A stretch of 56,211 nt of DNA, filler included, from Platydemus manokwari (taxonomy: Eukaryota): the NCBI GenBank assembly GCA_037951405.1. It is 4 parts of 4 records of this genome, joined end to end, with 100 filler letters (N's around TTAATTAATTAA, not from the genome) between each part and the next. Parts side by side here need not be neighbours in the genome. Positions count along the whole stretch, not along the records: positions 24,405 to 33,436 come from JBBMOY011310982.1; positions 33,537 to 56,211 come from JBBMOY011222542.1; 2 more parts are not named here. One strand, written 5' to 3'. How positions within the stretch are numbered: position 1 is the first letter of the stretch; each line of letters begins with the position of its first letter. A program made the position numbers and the translations under genes. The notes below the pieces were generated by a model that saw nothing but the letters and a program-made list of their open reading frames with translations, searched no databases and was not told where the DNA came from. This document shows, in pieces, positions 26,121 through 38,035 of the stretch.

Positions 26121-28259
26121 AATAAATATAATGTAAATATAAAAAACCATTGGGTTCCAATCTTACATGCATAGGCACAGGCTTACAAGCACTGATTGCT
26201 ACGAACTAAAACCTTTGAAAGGAGACAATTGTTAAATTAATTTTTAAATGTTGGAAAATTAAAGAAGCAGATATATAAATCAAGCACACATCTACATAGG
26301 TTTATTTATTTATATAAATGTATTAAATTGTCACTGTCAACAGATTTGGTCGTAATAGTATCGAGCGAATAAGCTAAGATATTAGCCGTTTTAATTTTTT
26401 CGATTTGCATTTTTGGAAGATTTTATTTTTAAGAAATCGTCATTTACTGTTTTAAAACTGTTATCTCATATTTTATCTAATCATTTATTCATTATAAATC
26501 CCTTTACAAATTTACATTGAAATTCGTAAGCTATTTCCTTTGAAACCTTCATATTTAATACAATAATTATGAAGATCTGGTATTCTCAATAAATAGTCCA
26601 ATGATGGTTTTGTTGTTTTAAATGATTAGTAAATTATTTAATCCCTCGTGTTTCATAATTCAATTTCGGTGCGTAAGATGTTAGTATTTTAAAGAAACAC
26701 ATTAAAAACGAATGACATAAATTTTTTTAAAGACAATTATTTAAACAAATTAATATAAATTTATACGAAATCAAATTTCATACAAAATAAATCTTTAAAA
26801 TTTCAAATCAATTTAAAATTCTCACATCCCCCTTTTATTAAAATCTTTAATATTCCAACAATTATTATTGTTCATTTTCATTTTATTATTATTATTATTG
26901 TTATTCTTATTATTATTACCATAGCAACAATTATTATTACCTTTATCGGTTTTATTTTATCATTTCATCCTGCATGTCTGGTGATAATCAATATCCCTTA
27001 TCAATGTTTTTTTCTTTCCGATAAAAACAATATCGTCTAGACTATCGATTTATATTCCCTCTCTATATGAAAATGAAAATCAAGGTTTTATTAAAGGACA
27101 GCATTTTATCTTCAATCATATCATTTTTCAATGATAATCGGAATTGCAAAAATTCTAAAATTATTATCTCCAATACCAGTTTTCATGTATCTGTTAGATT
27201 TTCAGTGGGAAGTCTTGAAAAATAAATCCCAATAAGATCTTTCATGTATAACAGCTGGAGGGAATAAAATACTTCCAAACGATTTATTTGAAGAACGAAA
27301 TCTCATTAATCCTTATTTCAATCGTCAGTTCATTGAACGACAATCACTTGCAATTTATTGCAATCCGTTTTTATTTATCAAAAGCTCTTGAAACTTCAAT
27401 ACAATAATAAACATGGTGGAGTGTTTGAGATAATATAATTAAATATAGTTAATCCTCTTCATTTGAAAAATGGGACTTATTATTTCTCTAATAAATACTT
27501 TATCATGATGTGGACATTAATCTCGATCAATAATCCCAACTGTTCTGACTCGCCAGCGATGGCAAATTAAATTGATATGAAATGAAATACGTCAACATAT
27601 TCCTGATCTCCATTCCTTCTTAACACAGTTAATTGTTCTGATAAATATATGCATTCCAAATATTTAATTGCTGATCAATACACCTCAATAGGATTGGGTT
27701 TATCAAATCAAATCGGTAAAGAATCGATTGGTATTTAAAAAATTCGGAACAAACCAGTATCTTTCATTACGGATTTGAGATTTAATTCTTAAAGAGCTTT
27801 TCAAAATCACCTCTATTGTTCATTGTGGTGTAGATGATATATGGAACAAAGGAATATTCCACGAATCAAATTGGTTAACATAGAAACTCAATTAAAGATA
27901 AAAGTCTGCAAATACTTCCTTTGTTGGAAATATTGAAAATGATGTTTGTTGATTTATTCATTAACCGATATTGAGTTTTAAAACAAATAATCTATTGTAA
28001 AATTATTTATTGAATAAGATTTATTGATTTATTATCGATTTTGATTTGATTTTCCGAAGGAGCTGATAAAATATTTACTTCATTATCTAGTCAATTGAGA
28101 ATCTAAAATCGACGGAACGGTTGGAGATAAAAGATTCGTAAACAATATCCATCATTTTGATTATCAAGGCATTATTATTCATCAATACAAACAAAACATA
28201 TTTAATTTAATGATTTTGATGAATTGTTGGTAGTAAGTAGTGTGTGAGAATTTTTATAT

Positions 28260-28520
28260 GATTTAAATTAATTTAATTAATTTTATATAAAATTATATTT
28301 ATTTGTTTATATAATTGAGTTTCATGTCTTTTCAGTACATTTTCAATGCATATATAAAATAGTAACGGTTTACATGGCAACCAAGCACCTGGATTTGATT
28401 CTATGAAGATCAACGACTGAAAATTATGGAAAAGAAGGAGAAGATGTTGGGAACATAAAGATGATACAATTAGGATATAAAGGAGATATAGAGACGATAT
28501 AAAGGAGTTAGAAGATAAAT
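28260..28520 (+). repeat. Dispersed repeat family B, additional copy
   Basis: 'aaaatagtaacggtttacatggcaaccaagcacctggatttgattcta' matches 25676-25725. Confidence 0.65.
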
Positions 28521-29339
28521 CTGTAGTGTATTAGATAGAAAGTCGAGTAGGAAAATTATTTTTATAAATCGTCAATAAATTATTCCATCTATTATTGATA
28601 ATTTTTAAGAAAGTCAACAAAATCCGTCTGTTCGTCAACAATAATAGTTGTAAAGAATATTTTATTAATTAATTATCACAGACATTTCCATGACACAAGT
28701 ATCGTTTTGAAGTTATAAATTATCGATAAATTAATTCATTTCGAACATGTGTACATCGTACTGAAATTTATTGGGATAAAACATGATATTTTATAATCGA
28801 ATTTGAGAACTTCCTTTCTGGTCGAGTGATTTTCAGATATTGGGTTGCGATTAAGGAAATGTGATATGTTGGGATAATTCCCATCGAGAACAATGTCATG
28901 TCATTTGAGATAATTTATTAATAATTACGCCATAAACATTTTTACAATTATTTAATAACCTTTGATGAGCAAATCAAAACAGAACCGATGTCAGTTATCA
29001 TGGTAACGGATGAAAGTTAAAGTATCCGATATAAATGCCGAATCAAAGAAAAATTGCAAATATGCACGTTAACATTAGTAGCCAAGATTTTATCAATGTC
29101 TAGCGCAGTTTATGAGTGTATAGAACTCATTAATATAGGTACTGATGAGAATAATAAGAAAAAATAATTCTAATCACGTTGACTTCCTGATAGGAATTTT
29201 ATTTAACTCGACAAAGTCATCTGGTGGCTCGAGTACGATTTTAATTTTACTGTTCTCTCTGTAGCATGTAAAGTAAATTTCAATTGCTGATCATTGGTAA
29301 AATATTTAAAAGGGAACATTTACCTTTGCATTCAACAAC

Positions 29340-29560
29340 TCACACAGGTACTGACCAATCCCAATAGGAACACTAAAGATCAAATCACGATGTGATACAA
29401 ATATGACAGAAAAATTACACACATATCTCGAGTAATAATATCGATGTAAAGATGGCCAACTGCCAGTTGTAAGCTAGGGTTTTGGATATGTTTTTTAGTA
29501 GTACGAGTATTAGTTTGATTGTATCTATGCTATTTTGTGAATCGCACTGATTAGTTTTCG
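29340..29560 (-). repeat. Dispersed repeat family A, inverted copy
   Basis: Reverse complement matches 46440-46660 ('gatacaatcaaacta...cgtactact...aactgg.agttggccatctttacatc...gagatatgtgtgtaatttt'). Confidence 0.8.
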
Positions 29561-29569
29561 GTTTTTGAA

Positions 29570-29730
29570 GTAAGTCTGAAGAAGAACCTAATATTTACAA
29601 CTTTATACATCTTTTCTATATGCTCCTCTTTCTCTTTTTATTCTTTCTAGTCATAAACAGTCTCAGAATCGAATCCAAAACGTGGTTGCCATGTGAGCCT
29701 CTACAGTTTAATAAATCACGCGTTGAAATT
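29570..29730 (-). repeat. Dispersed repeat family B, inverted copy
   Basis: Reverse complement 'gctcacatggcaaccacgttttggattcgattct' matches the 25690 and 28370 copies. Confidence 0.65.
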
Positions 29731-31959
29731 AAATTATATTCATCGAAATCGTAAAATTTTCATTTATCAACTAATCGATATCTCTTGGCTGAAGTCATCA
29801 AACCGGCAGAACAGTCTAGAAAACTAAGTGGGTCAAAAATGCTTCCTATTAAAAATTAAAAGAGGAAAAAATTATCAAGTCAATTAGAGAAGCTAGATCG
29901 AAATGAAGATGTTCACTGACCAGTTATAGAAATAATTAAAAGAGGATTAATATCGGATATCGTCCAATGAATTGGGTTTGGTTTTTGGAAATCAAATATT
30001 CTCAACAAACACTGGATTTCATAATTTTATAATGAGCATATTAACGAGTATTATGAACTTAAATCAGATTCATTTCATTAGCAAATCTGTTTGGCAGAGC
30101 TATTGCGCGAATTTAAATTTTTTATTCCTGACTTGAATGAGAAACAAATGTTTTCTATCTCATTATATCGATGACTCAGTTTTTACCAATGTTTCTACTG
30201 CGTATGGAATTGCTTTTAACTGCAATTTTACAACGTCAAGACCCAGCAAATACGATTTCAATCAATAATGTGTTACTGTGAATTAATTTTAAAAATCATG
30301 AAATAAAGGGTGACATTAAAATCATCACTGGGATAAATGAAATTTTTTATGATGTCTATAATAATAAATTCATTGTTTTCAAAATTAGGTTCACTCACAC
30401 ACAGGCACACGCACACACATATAGTTAGAGATATTGTGACATAAAACCGAAAATAGTTATTACCATAATTGATAAACATTATCCGTTATCGAAATGACCT
30501 TGGGTACGATTGCACCAATAGGAGTGAATTAATCGAAATCCAATCATATCTATCGATACATTACGTATTGGAATTATAAATAATTCAATTACTAAGCTCT
30601 CTTAACTTTATATGCTAAAAGTACTTGAAGTTATGTCAAAACAAATTAATTTTCCGTTTTCAATTAAAAATCCATCACGTGTTTATCAAATCAATATCAA
30701 TTAATTAGGATGAAAAATTTGAAAATTATATGTAAGGATTGGTTGTCGTAAATTTTAAAAAATACTGGTTAATCCATTGTTTACTATGTTTTTTGTAAAT
30801 TTTATGAAAATAATGAATTTATTTTACAAGTCTCTTTAGCTATTTTAGAATATCCATCAGAATATTTACTATAATAACTAGATTAGATCTTATATATTTA
30901 TTTTTATTATATGGTATGGAATGTTTTCTTCCAACAAGATCCTTTTTTCATCGAATAAATTGCTTCAAACATATTATAAATGGAACTGCTCTGTATTTGT
31001 ATCTCATTACAATCGAAAGCTCAAATAAATTGATCGTTAATAATCGAGATTCCAGTGCCATTTGAAAGCATAAATTTATCAAGTCAATTAGATCATCGCG
31101 CTGAGACTATTTGATTGCTTTATCTACTGCTCGACGTGTATAATAAACTTCATCAATTGAAGTCTGATGTAAATAATTCTCTCGTCGAATTATCTTTTCA
31201 AAGGGGAATCGTCTAAATACTCTGTAGATTGTTGTCATATTTAACTCGATAGGATTTTAAAATTACACTCACGATAATTACTGATGATATTCAACGAATA
31301 TTATTTCCATATCATAAAATAGATTATTACAAGTTTAAGAAATTATTTAAACAAATAATAGGGAATATTTGTAAAATATTAATATCGATAATCTTCATTG
31401 TATACCATAAAATGATGAAATCAATAATCGGGAATTATTATTAGAACTCATTTATTGGTCATGATATCAATATAGTTGCAATCCGGGATTATATATACGA
31501 TAGAGATTTTATATATTGCGAATCAAATAAAAAAAACCTGAAAGAAACATTCAAAAAGTAGGGCGCAATGAGCACGGAAGAGCAAAAAAACATCTTAATA
31601 CTTAAGAAAGAATAGATCAATGACATAGATAAAATTATATTGCTTCGATTGATAAATGCTTATTATTAGATATAAACAAGAAATAACACATGTTTATACA
31701 AGCCGAAACTTGCATTAGTTTTACAAGTTATGTCCGATATTGGTTTGAATTGAAAATGCCAGAAAGTATTTGGTCTTATTAAACCACAAGTTAAATACAG
31801 CCCCGCTTCGTTTATCAACTTAATTCAGTTCCATCTTAATCAATATGGTATCTTATTGTCATTGTGCCGAAGAAATAACCTGATTATGATTGGTCTATTA
31901 ATTGTTCGATCATAAAGCTTAAATTAAACCATTACACCTATAATAAAATTCTTAAAAAA

Positions 31960-32240
31960 GTCAATTTATTTTATACCTCTGTTCAATGATCTTGTTTCAT
32001 TTACCTTAAACAAAGCTCATTGTACTGTTTTCTAGCAAACTGGGGAATGTTTCGCAGCGAAATTGGAAAATTAATTCTGATAATGACAAACAAATATTTC
32101 ATAACGCTGACAAAAAATGACAATTATTTCACAGCTGACCAAAAGCATTTCCCAGATATAATTAACGGTTCTTGGCGTATTTATTGATAAAAAATTGATC
32201 TTTCAGAAATAAACAACGAAAATTACTCGGAAAGCAACCC
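31960..32240 (+). mobile_element. Highly decayed non-LTR (LINE) reverse transcriptase fragment
   Basis: From 32165: TVLGVFIDKKLIFQK*TTKITRKA resembles the LINE RT C-terminal motif LGV.IDxKLxF..HI..I.RKA; LFNDL lies upstream. Confidence 0.45.
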
Positions 32241-33048
32241 AATAATTTTCTGGCGTTTCAACGATTGATATGATTTGTTCATGGAAACATTTTGATGTTG
32301 TTTCAGAATTATTTATAAAGCACGTATGATAGATATAAAAGAATGTATTTGCATTTGAGTTATAAAATTCTTGCTGGTTATATTATTATTATCATTATTA
32401 TTAACACTATTATTATTATTATAATAAATGCTACTATTATTAGTAACAAAATTCTAATTATTAATAGTAACATTTTCGCAGTTATTGTTTGTGAGGATTA
32501 TAAAATCAATAAATATTTAAACAAATAGAAACAAACAAATGTTCGTCAAGTCAGATAAGGAAGTCATGCATTCGAATCCAAGAATAAGTAAATTATTAAA
32601 TATCAAAAGTTTAGTTTCTGTCCGATATCGATTATTAGAAGTACTACAAAGATTTTATTTATCCATTATTATTAATAATTTTATTATTATTAACTGATGT
32701 ATAACAAGATATTATTAATCAATAACTATTATCTAAAATCAAAATTAACTGATATCAATACCAAATCAATAAATTATCGATTTATTTCTAGTAAATTATA
32801 TTTGTATCATTTTTTAAATGTGACCAGTGAATTAGATAATAAAAATAAACTTGACAATCCAAATGTTGTGCTGATATTTAACTGATAATTGACACCTACA
32901 GCATGTGTCAGCTCTTTACAAAACTGATACTATAAATGATAAATATTTATTTAGATACAGTTATGAGGAATTGAATCATGTCTGATACATGTTAGTAAAA
33001 TAATTAATTTGTTGACACTTTGATGGCTTAGAATTAATAAAATATGTC

Positions 33049-33049
<1 letters not shown>

Positions 33050-33096
<47 letters not shown>

Positions 33097-33310
33097 TGTT
33101 ATGCTATTATCATTGTTAATTTAATAATAATAATTATTATTATTGCTATTATTATCATAATCATTATTATTATTGTTAATATTATCATTATTCTTATTAT
33201 TAAAATTATTATTATTAATAGTTCTATTATTAATATTATTATTTTTATCGCTATTATTATTACTGTTATCATTATCTTATTATTATTACGACAATAATTA
33301 ATCAATAATA
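33050..33310. repeat. (ATT)n microsatellite and degenerate triplet low-complexity tract
   Basis: Pure ATT run of ~14 units, then interrupted ATT/ATC/AAT triplets. Explains the Ile-rich spurious ORF 33099-33305. Confidence 0.9.
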
Positions 33311-33436
33311 ATGCTTTATTTATTCAACCACAGAGATAAATAAAATATAATTATATTATGATTTATTGTTATCTTTATTAAATCTCATTTAAAGAACTCA
33401 TATATAAATATCGTGAATTACCAGATTCTATTATAA

Positions 33437-33536
33437 NNNNNNNNNNNNNNNNNNNNNNNNNNNNNNNNNNNNNNNNNNNNTTAATTAATTAANNNNNNNN
33501 NNNNNNNNNNNNNNNNNNNNNNNNNNNNNNNNNNNN
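33437..33536. other. Assembly gap with artificial linker
   Basis: N44-TTAATTAATTAA-N44. Confidence 0.98.
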
Positions 33537-33685
33537 TTTAGCTTGAATTTCAGTCAATTCATGTGGCACTTCTCGACAGCGCCGATTGATCTTGCCAAGA
33601 GCGTGAAGGTGTCATACAACGGATGTCTGAGGAATATCGAGTTCAGCTGACAATCTGCGAGTACTTTTTGATGGATTGCTCTGGT
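33537..33685 (-). mobile_element. Mariner transposase fragment (second HTH plus VPHEL linker), cut by the gap
   Basis: Minus-strand translation NPSKSTRRLSAELDIPQTSVV*HLHALGKINRRCREVPHELTEIQAK, with a WVPHEL-type motif. Confidence 0.8.
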
Positions 33686-33779
33686 AAAAGACTGGTAAAA
33701 ATCCATGGAACTCAACTTCTTTTATAGACCCATTGGATGTGTCTGCTTGATGTCACGGATCTTCGTTTTCAATTCGCTA

Positions 33780-34025
33780 AATTTGTTTGTGAATCGATCT
33801 ACTCGAGATTTTCCTTACATCTCTTGTGCCATTGACCGATATTTGAGCTTGCTGCCATTTGTAGGTATATACCTGTCAATTCTTAGCTTCTAAATATAGA
33901 TTAACATTGCAATGAATCTGGTTGATTAATGGCACATGCGTTTATCGGGTTTTTGTGTATTGACCCTTTTTAGGGTTTTCCTGGGTTCTTGTGACCCTTT
34001 GGTTGATTTGTAATACACCCAACAA
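33780..34025. repeat. Dispersed repeat family C, copy 1
   Basis: 'atatttgagcttgctgccatttgtaggtat...attcttagcttctaaatat.gattaa...ggcacatg...cctttttagggtt...tgatttgtaat' is shared with 54050-54290. Confidence 0.8.
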
Positions 34026-35161
34026 ATCGACATAAAGATATAAATTTAATAATATTATCGCCACAAATGAAAACGTTTGATAAATATTTGGATCAACATT
34101 CATCATTGATGAAGAAATTAAAATCTAGAATTCCGAATTCATTACACTAATATGAACCTAATCAATGTTTACCATCCATGTTTGTTGGAACTACATTAAT
34201 CGAACCCTTGAGATATAAAACCAATAACCGTTATAATGATCAGCATCACACCAAACATATTATAATATGATCTAATAGTATTCTCAACTATTACACATCG
34301 AAAATTCCTATTCTATGTTCAACAATCAATTCAACCATGTTTACCATCAACAAATATTTATTATCCATTGTCAAAACATGTGAAACTGGATCGAGTGGAA
34401 TAAATGATTGTCGAGTTATAAATTATGAAATATCACTTAAACTTTCTATGAAAATATTATTTTTAATTTTTAGAATATATAAATTCATATAATACAATAT
34501 AAGCTAAGTTAATGAAAAAATTCTTTTTAAAAGAAGATAACTATGCAAGTATTTATGAATAAAGGTTTCCAAATTAATAAAATTTAAAATAGAAATCTTC
34601 TAATCATAAATAACAGTTATAACTACCAAAATAATTTTAAAAATTTACAAGGATATTTATTTTCATCTCTTCTCGGTTATAATAAACAATCAATTATCAA
34701 TATTAGTTTATCACTTCATTATATGAGATTGTTTGAATGGACTACTTATATATATATAATATCATGATTAGCTAGTAAATTTAATTTCATGGAAGTTAAC
34801 ATCCTCATGTCGGAATTAACTTTGTTGATAAATGGTAACTTATTTATTGACAAAATTAAATTTTATTCTAATTTAAAACTAAATCATTAACAAAATTCAA
34901 TTACAGAGTATATGAAGATAAAATAAAGGAAGTACTCAATGTAAAGTTGGAATATTTTAATTATTAAATCGAAAATGTTGTAAAATTTTAAATATAAATA
35001 AAAAGAAGTGTTTGTGTTGTAATGATCACAGAAAATGTATTCGAAATTTTTATATTTTTCAAAATCAAATGATTAAGTTGACAGAAATAAAATAAATATT
35101 TTTCAATTTAAATAATTTTTAACTTGTGACCTAATGTAAAATCATTGTTTTTTTGTTTCAG

Positions 35162-38035
35162 GTTAATCATTTAGAACATTCCAGGTTCAATGATTTGAGA
35201 CTAAATAAAGAACAAAATCAATTAGATGAATTCGATAATTGGTTTGACAAATGCAGTGAACAAGCGAAAATTGATATCAAGAAGGATATACAAATCCTTG
35301 AACAAATATTACAATCGATTATTCATTATGAAAATGATCGATCAAACATCAAACAAACATTGTCCACAGTTGGCGAATTGACTGAAAAAATATCTTACAA
35401 CGATCTTGGAGATAGTGACAATCGATATATTCGAAATCGATATGGATATATTCAACGAAATAAAAGCAAATCGATAAACAAAGACGGAATATGTTTTGAA
35501 CAACTTTATCACTTAAAAATTATTTTTCTCAGTGAAGAATTTGTTGATTCATTTATTCTCAATGACGAAATAAGAGGATTGAAAAGAGATCTCTGTAATC
35601 TGAAAAGTAAGATTGTTCATATTTTATTGGATCATAAACCATTGATAAATAACACGAAGATAATAATTGGTATAAAAAGCGATTTTACTATGGCAGTAAA
35701 CAAAATAGTGGATTTCTCTCGAAAATATTACGAAATGATTATCTTTTCACATATGAGAGAGATAATAAAGTCAATTGATGAAATTGATTTCTCATTATTA
35801 AGCGATAGATACTATTTTGCACGTGTTTTTTGCATCATTGGTGAAATGTTTCGTGAATGGTTTGACGAGAAAGAACGAAATACTGAGCTGATTTTGGTAA
35901 AAAACTTCAAATATTTTGTCGAAATGAGAAACAAATTGATTCATCACCACGAGAAAATTAGATCTGGATTCGAAAATAAATACCGATCAATCAATCAAAT
36001 GATAATCAATATTGTTAAACATTTGAATAAAGTCATTGATGAAATCCATTTAAGTTGTGATAATCAATGTCATATCAATTTTTCGTATGGCGAAGTTGAT
36101 AAATTTCATAAGGTCGTCAATGAACTGATGAATACATTATTCGAGAGAAATATAGATGCACAAACACGACATGAATTAAATATATTGATAAATAGAGCAA
36201 AAAATCGGTTTAAGAAAATGACAAATAAAACAGATATAAAATCATTTGAAAATCGATTATTAGAACTCGATAAAAAATATCAAAATTATTTGAAGAATTT
36301 GAATACAGACATTGGATACTGTTATCCCACAGAGTTAAATATAAATAATATGAAATCTATTAATGAATTTGGTCAAACACAAATAGCGAGAATAGAAGTA
36401 ATCAATAAAGAAAAAGAATTTGAACGAAAACTTAAATCAAGGAAAGAAGATTTTGAATTTCTTTTGAATATTATCAAATCTAATGTTACAAAAAAATTAA
36501 GACGTAAACAAGGATATATTGTACAATACATAATAGCTGTATTTTCTCAATCTTTAAGGGACATGGAAAATCTGAATATCTGTAACAATGCAAAGGTATT
36601 TAATTCGTCTGAATGTGTAGAAGAAAATCGTACAAAATTTTATTATTTGCTTAAATTTACTTTATCTCCATTGGTTACAGAAAGTAAAAAAATTATAAAA
36701 ATGTTTAGAAATCGCGGTTTAGTGCATAATTTATGGTGTTTTGAGACAGAAAATTTAGATTATAGCATTAACCGTTTTCATAGTTTATATATCCAATTTG
36801 AAGCCATTTATGATGCATTAAACAAAGACAATTTGAAAATAACGGCACAATTCTATTGTGAGATTGCATCGATTTACACAAATATTAACTTGTGCAATGA
36901 AGCCATCGAATTATTTGAGAAAGCACTAAAGCGATTTGATGATTATCCTAATGAAGTTGTACAAATAAATCCCTTGGATTTAGAGAAAGAATATAAAACT
37001 CTATTTCATCTTTCTCCTATTGTTAGTCAAACTAATATATATTTAATTTTTTGTTACTTATCATCTGGGAAATTCGCAAAGGCTTATGATGTTGCCTCTT
37101 CATTGTATAAAAATATAAATCTTGATAATCTTAACTGTGTCAGTAATCAAATATTAGATGACATTTGTGTAATTTTCACAGTATTACTTAGATTCGATAG
37201 AAACGAAGAACGATTTAAACAATTAAATGATAAAATCGAAAAATTGTCATCATCAAACAATTTTGCAAAGTATTTTCTAGCTCAATTATGTTCGAATAGA
37301 GGTGATAAAGCACGAGCTCTAGAGTTATACAAAGAACTAATTAATGGAAATTGTGAAAAATCAATACGATTTGATGCATTGGTAAATTATGTTGAAACAC
37401 AATTATTGAAACACAATGATATGATTCCATGGTCTGACATCAATAAATATTTAGATGAAATAGAAATGCTTTTGAAAGAAAATATTTATGAATTTAAAAT
37501 GAAATTTGCTGGCAAGTTTATGTCAGTGGAAATGATCCCAATAATTTTTAGAACGCTTTGTATCACGAAAAATTTTACAATTTCCATCAATAACTCCCAA
37601 GAAATTGAAAATATTGAAGATCTGTCAAGTCAATTTAAAAAATTTCTCAAAATACATGACAAGTTTGAAAATGATACCGATGTTCTTTTTGTGCCATTTA
37701 TGTTTTATAATTTGCATTTGGGCGTTCATATGAAACGGATATGTTTGGATTTGAAGAGACAAAATATATGGGATGTACAATATTATTACGATTTGATCAC
37801 AGATATTGGTGTGAGATTTCCAGAAAAAATATCAAATTTGAAAACCCAATCATCATCTGTTTTACGCAATTATTTTATTGATGCATTCAATTTTGTGTTG
37901 GCTGATGAAAGGTTGAGTAAAAATATGAAAATAGAACAATTTCAAGAAATGCTGACTTTATTTGAAAATTTCGACTCGGAAATAGCAAATTTTTTGCTCT
38001 CTTGTATAAAATTTAGTATAAGATCACGACAATGA
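35162..38035 (+). CDS. Large exon of an uncharacterised protein with two HEPN-like (R-x4-6-H) domains and C-terminal TPR repeats
   Basis: 2.87-kb stop-free frame in AT-rich DNA. The ORF-track TTG start lies inside a polypyrimidine acceptor (ttttttgtttcag|GTT, phase 0). DUF86/HepT-like motifs YFARVFCIIGEM...EMRNKLIH; second motif MFRNRGLVH. TPR-like AQFYCEIASIYTNINLCNEAIELFEKALK and AKYFLAQLCSNRGDKARALELYKEL. Confidence 0.8.
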   Translation, partial: VNHLEHSRFNDLRLNKEQNQLDEFDNWFDKCSEQAKIDIKKDIQILEQILQSIIHYENDRSNIKQTLSTVGELTEKISYNDLGDSDNRYIRNRYGYIQRNKSKSINKDGICFEQLYHLKIIFLSEEFVDSFILNDEIRGLKRDLCNLKSKIVHILLDHKPLINNTKIIIGIKSDFTMAVNKIVDFSRKYYEMIIFSHMREIIKSIDEIDFSLLSDRYYFARVFCIIGEMFREWFDEKERNTELILVKNFKYFVEMRNKLIHHHEKIRSGFENKYRSINQMIINIVKHLNKVIDEIHLSCDNQCHINFSYGEVDKFHKVVNELMNTLFERNIDAQTRHELNILINRAKNRFKKMTNKTDIKSFENRLLELDKKYQNYLKNLNTDIGYCYPTELNINNMKSINEFGQTQIARIEVINKEKEFERKLKSRKEDFEFLLNIIKSNVTKKLRRKQGYIVQYIIAVFSQSLRDMENLNICNNAKVFNSSECVEENRTKFYYLLKFTLSPLVTESKKIIKMFRNRGLVHNLWCFETENLDYSINRFHSLYIQFEAIYDALNKDNLKITAQFYCEIASIYTNINLCNEAIELFEKALKRFDDYPNEVVQINPLDLEKEYKTLFHLSPIVSQTNIYLIFCYLSSGKFAKAYDVASSLYKNINLDNLNCVSNQILDDICVIFTVLLRFDRNEERFKQLNDKIEKLSSSNNFAKYFLAQLCSNRGDKARALELYKELINGNCEKSIRFDALVNYVETQLLKHNDMIPWSDINKYLDEIEMLLKENIYEFKMKFAGKFMSVEMIPIIFRTLCITKNFTISINNSQEIENIEDLSSQFKKFLKIHDKFENDTDVLFVPFMFYNLHLGVHMKRICLDLKRQNIWDVQYYYDLITDIGVRFPEKISNLKTQSSSVLRNYFIDAFNFVLADERLSKNMKIEQFQEMLTLFENFDSEIANFLLSCIKFSIRSRQ

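Noticed and set aside
26950-28200. Decayed coding-like stretch on the minus strand (LFPPAV...SRLPT), possibly MULE-like
   Set aside because: Too degenerate to assign to a family by eye.
33099-33305. Ile-rich 'membrane protein' ORFs (also 32343-32528)
   Set aside because: Translations of (ATT/AAT)n low-complexity tracts.
35153-38035. Calling the dual-HEPN protein a Cas13 or part of a CRISPR system
   Set aside because: No CRISPR array or cas genes in the window; eukaryotic spliced context; the motifs are DUF86-like and followed by TPRs. Only the two-HEPN logic is analogous.
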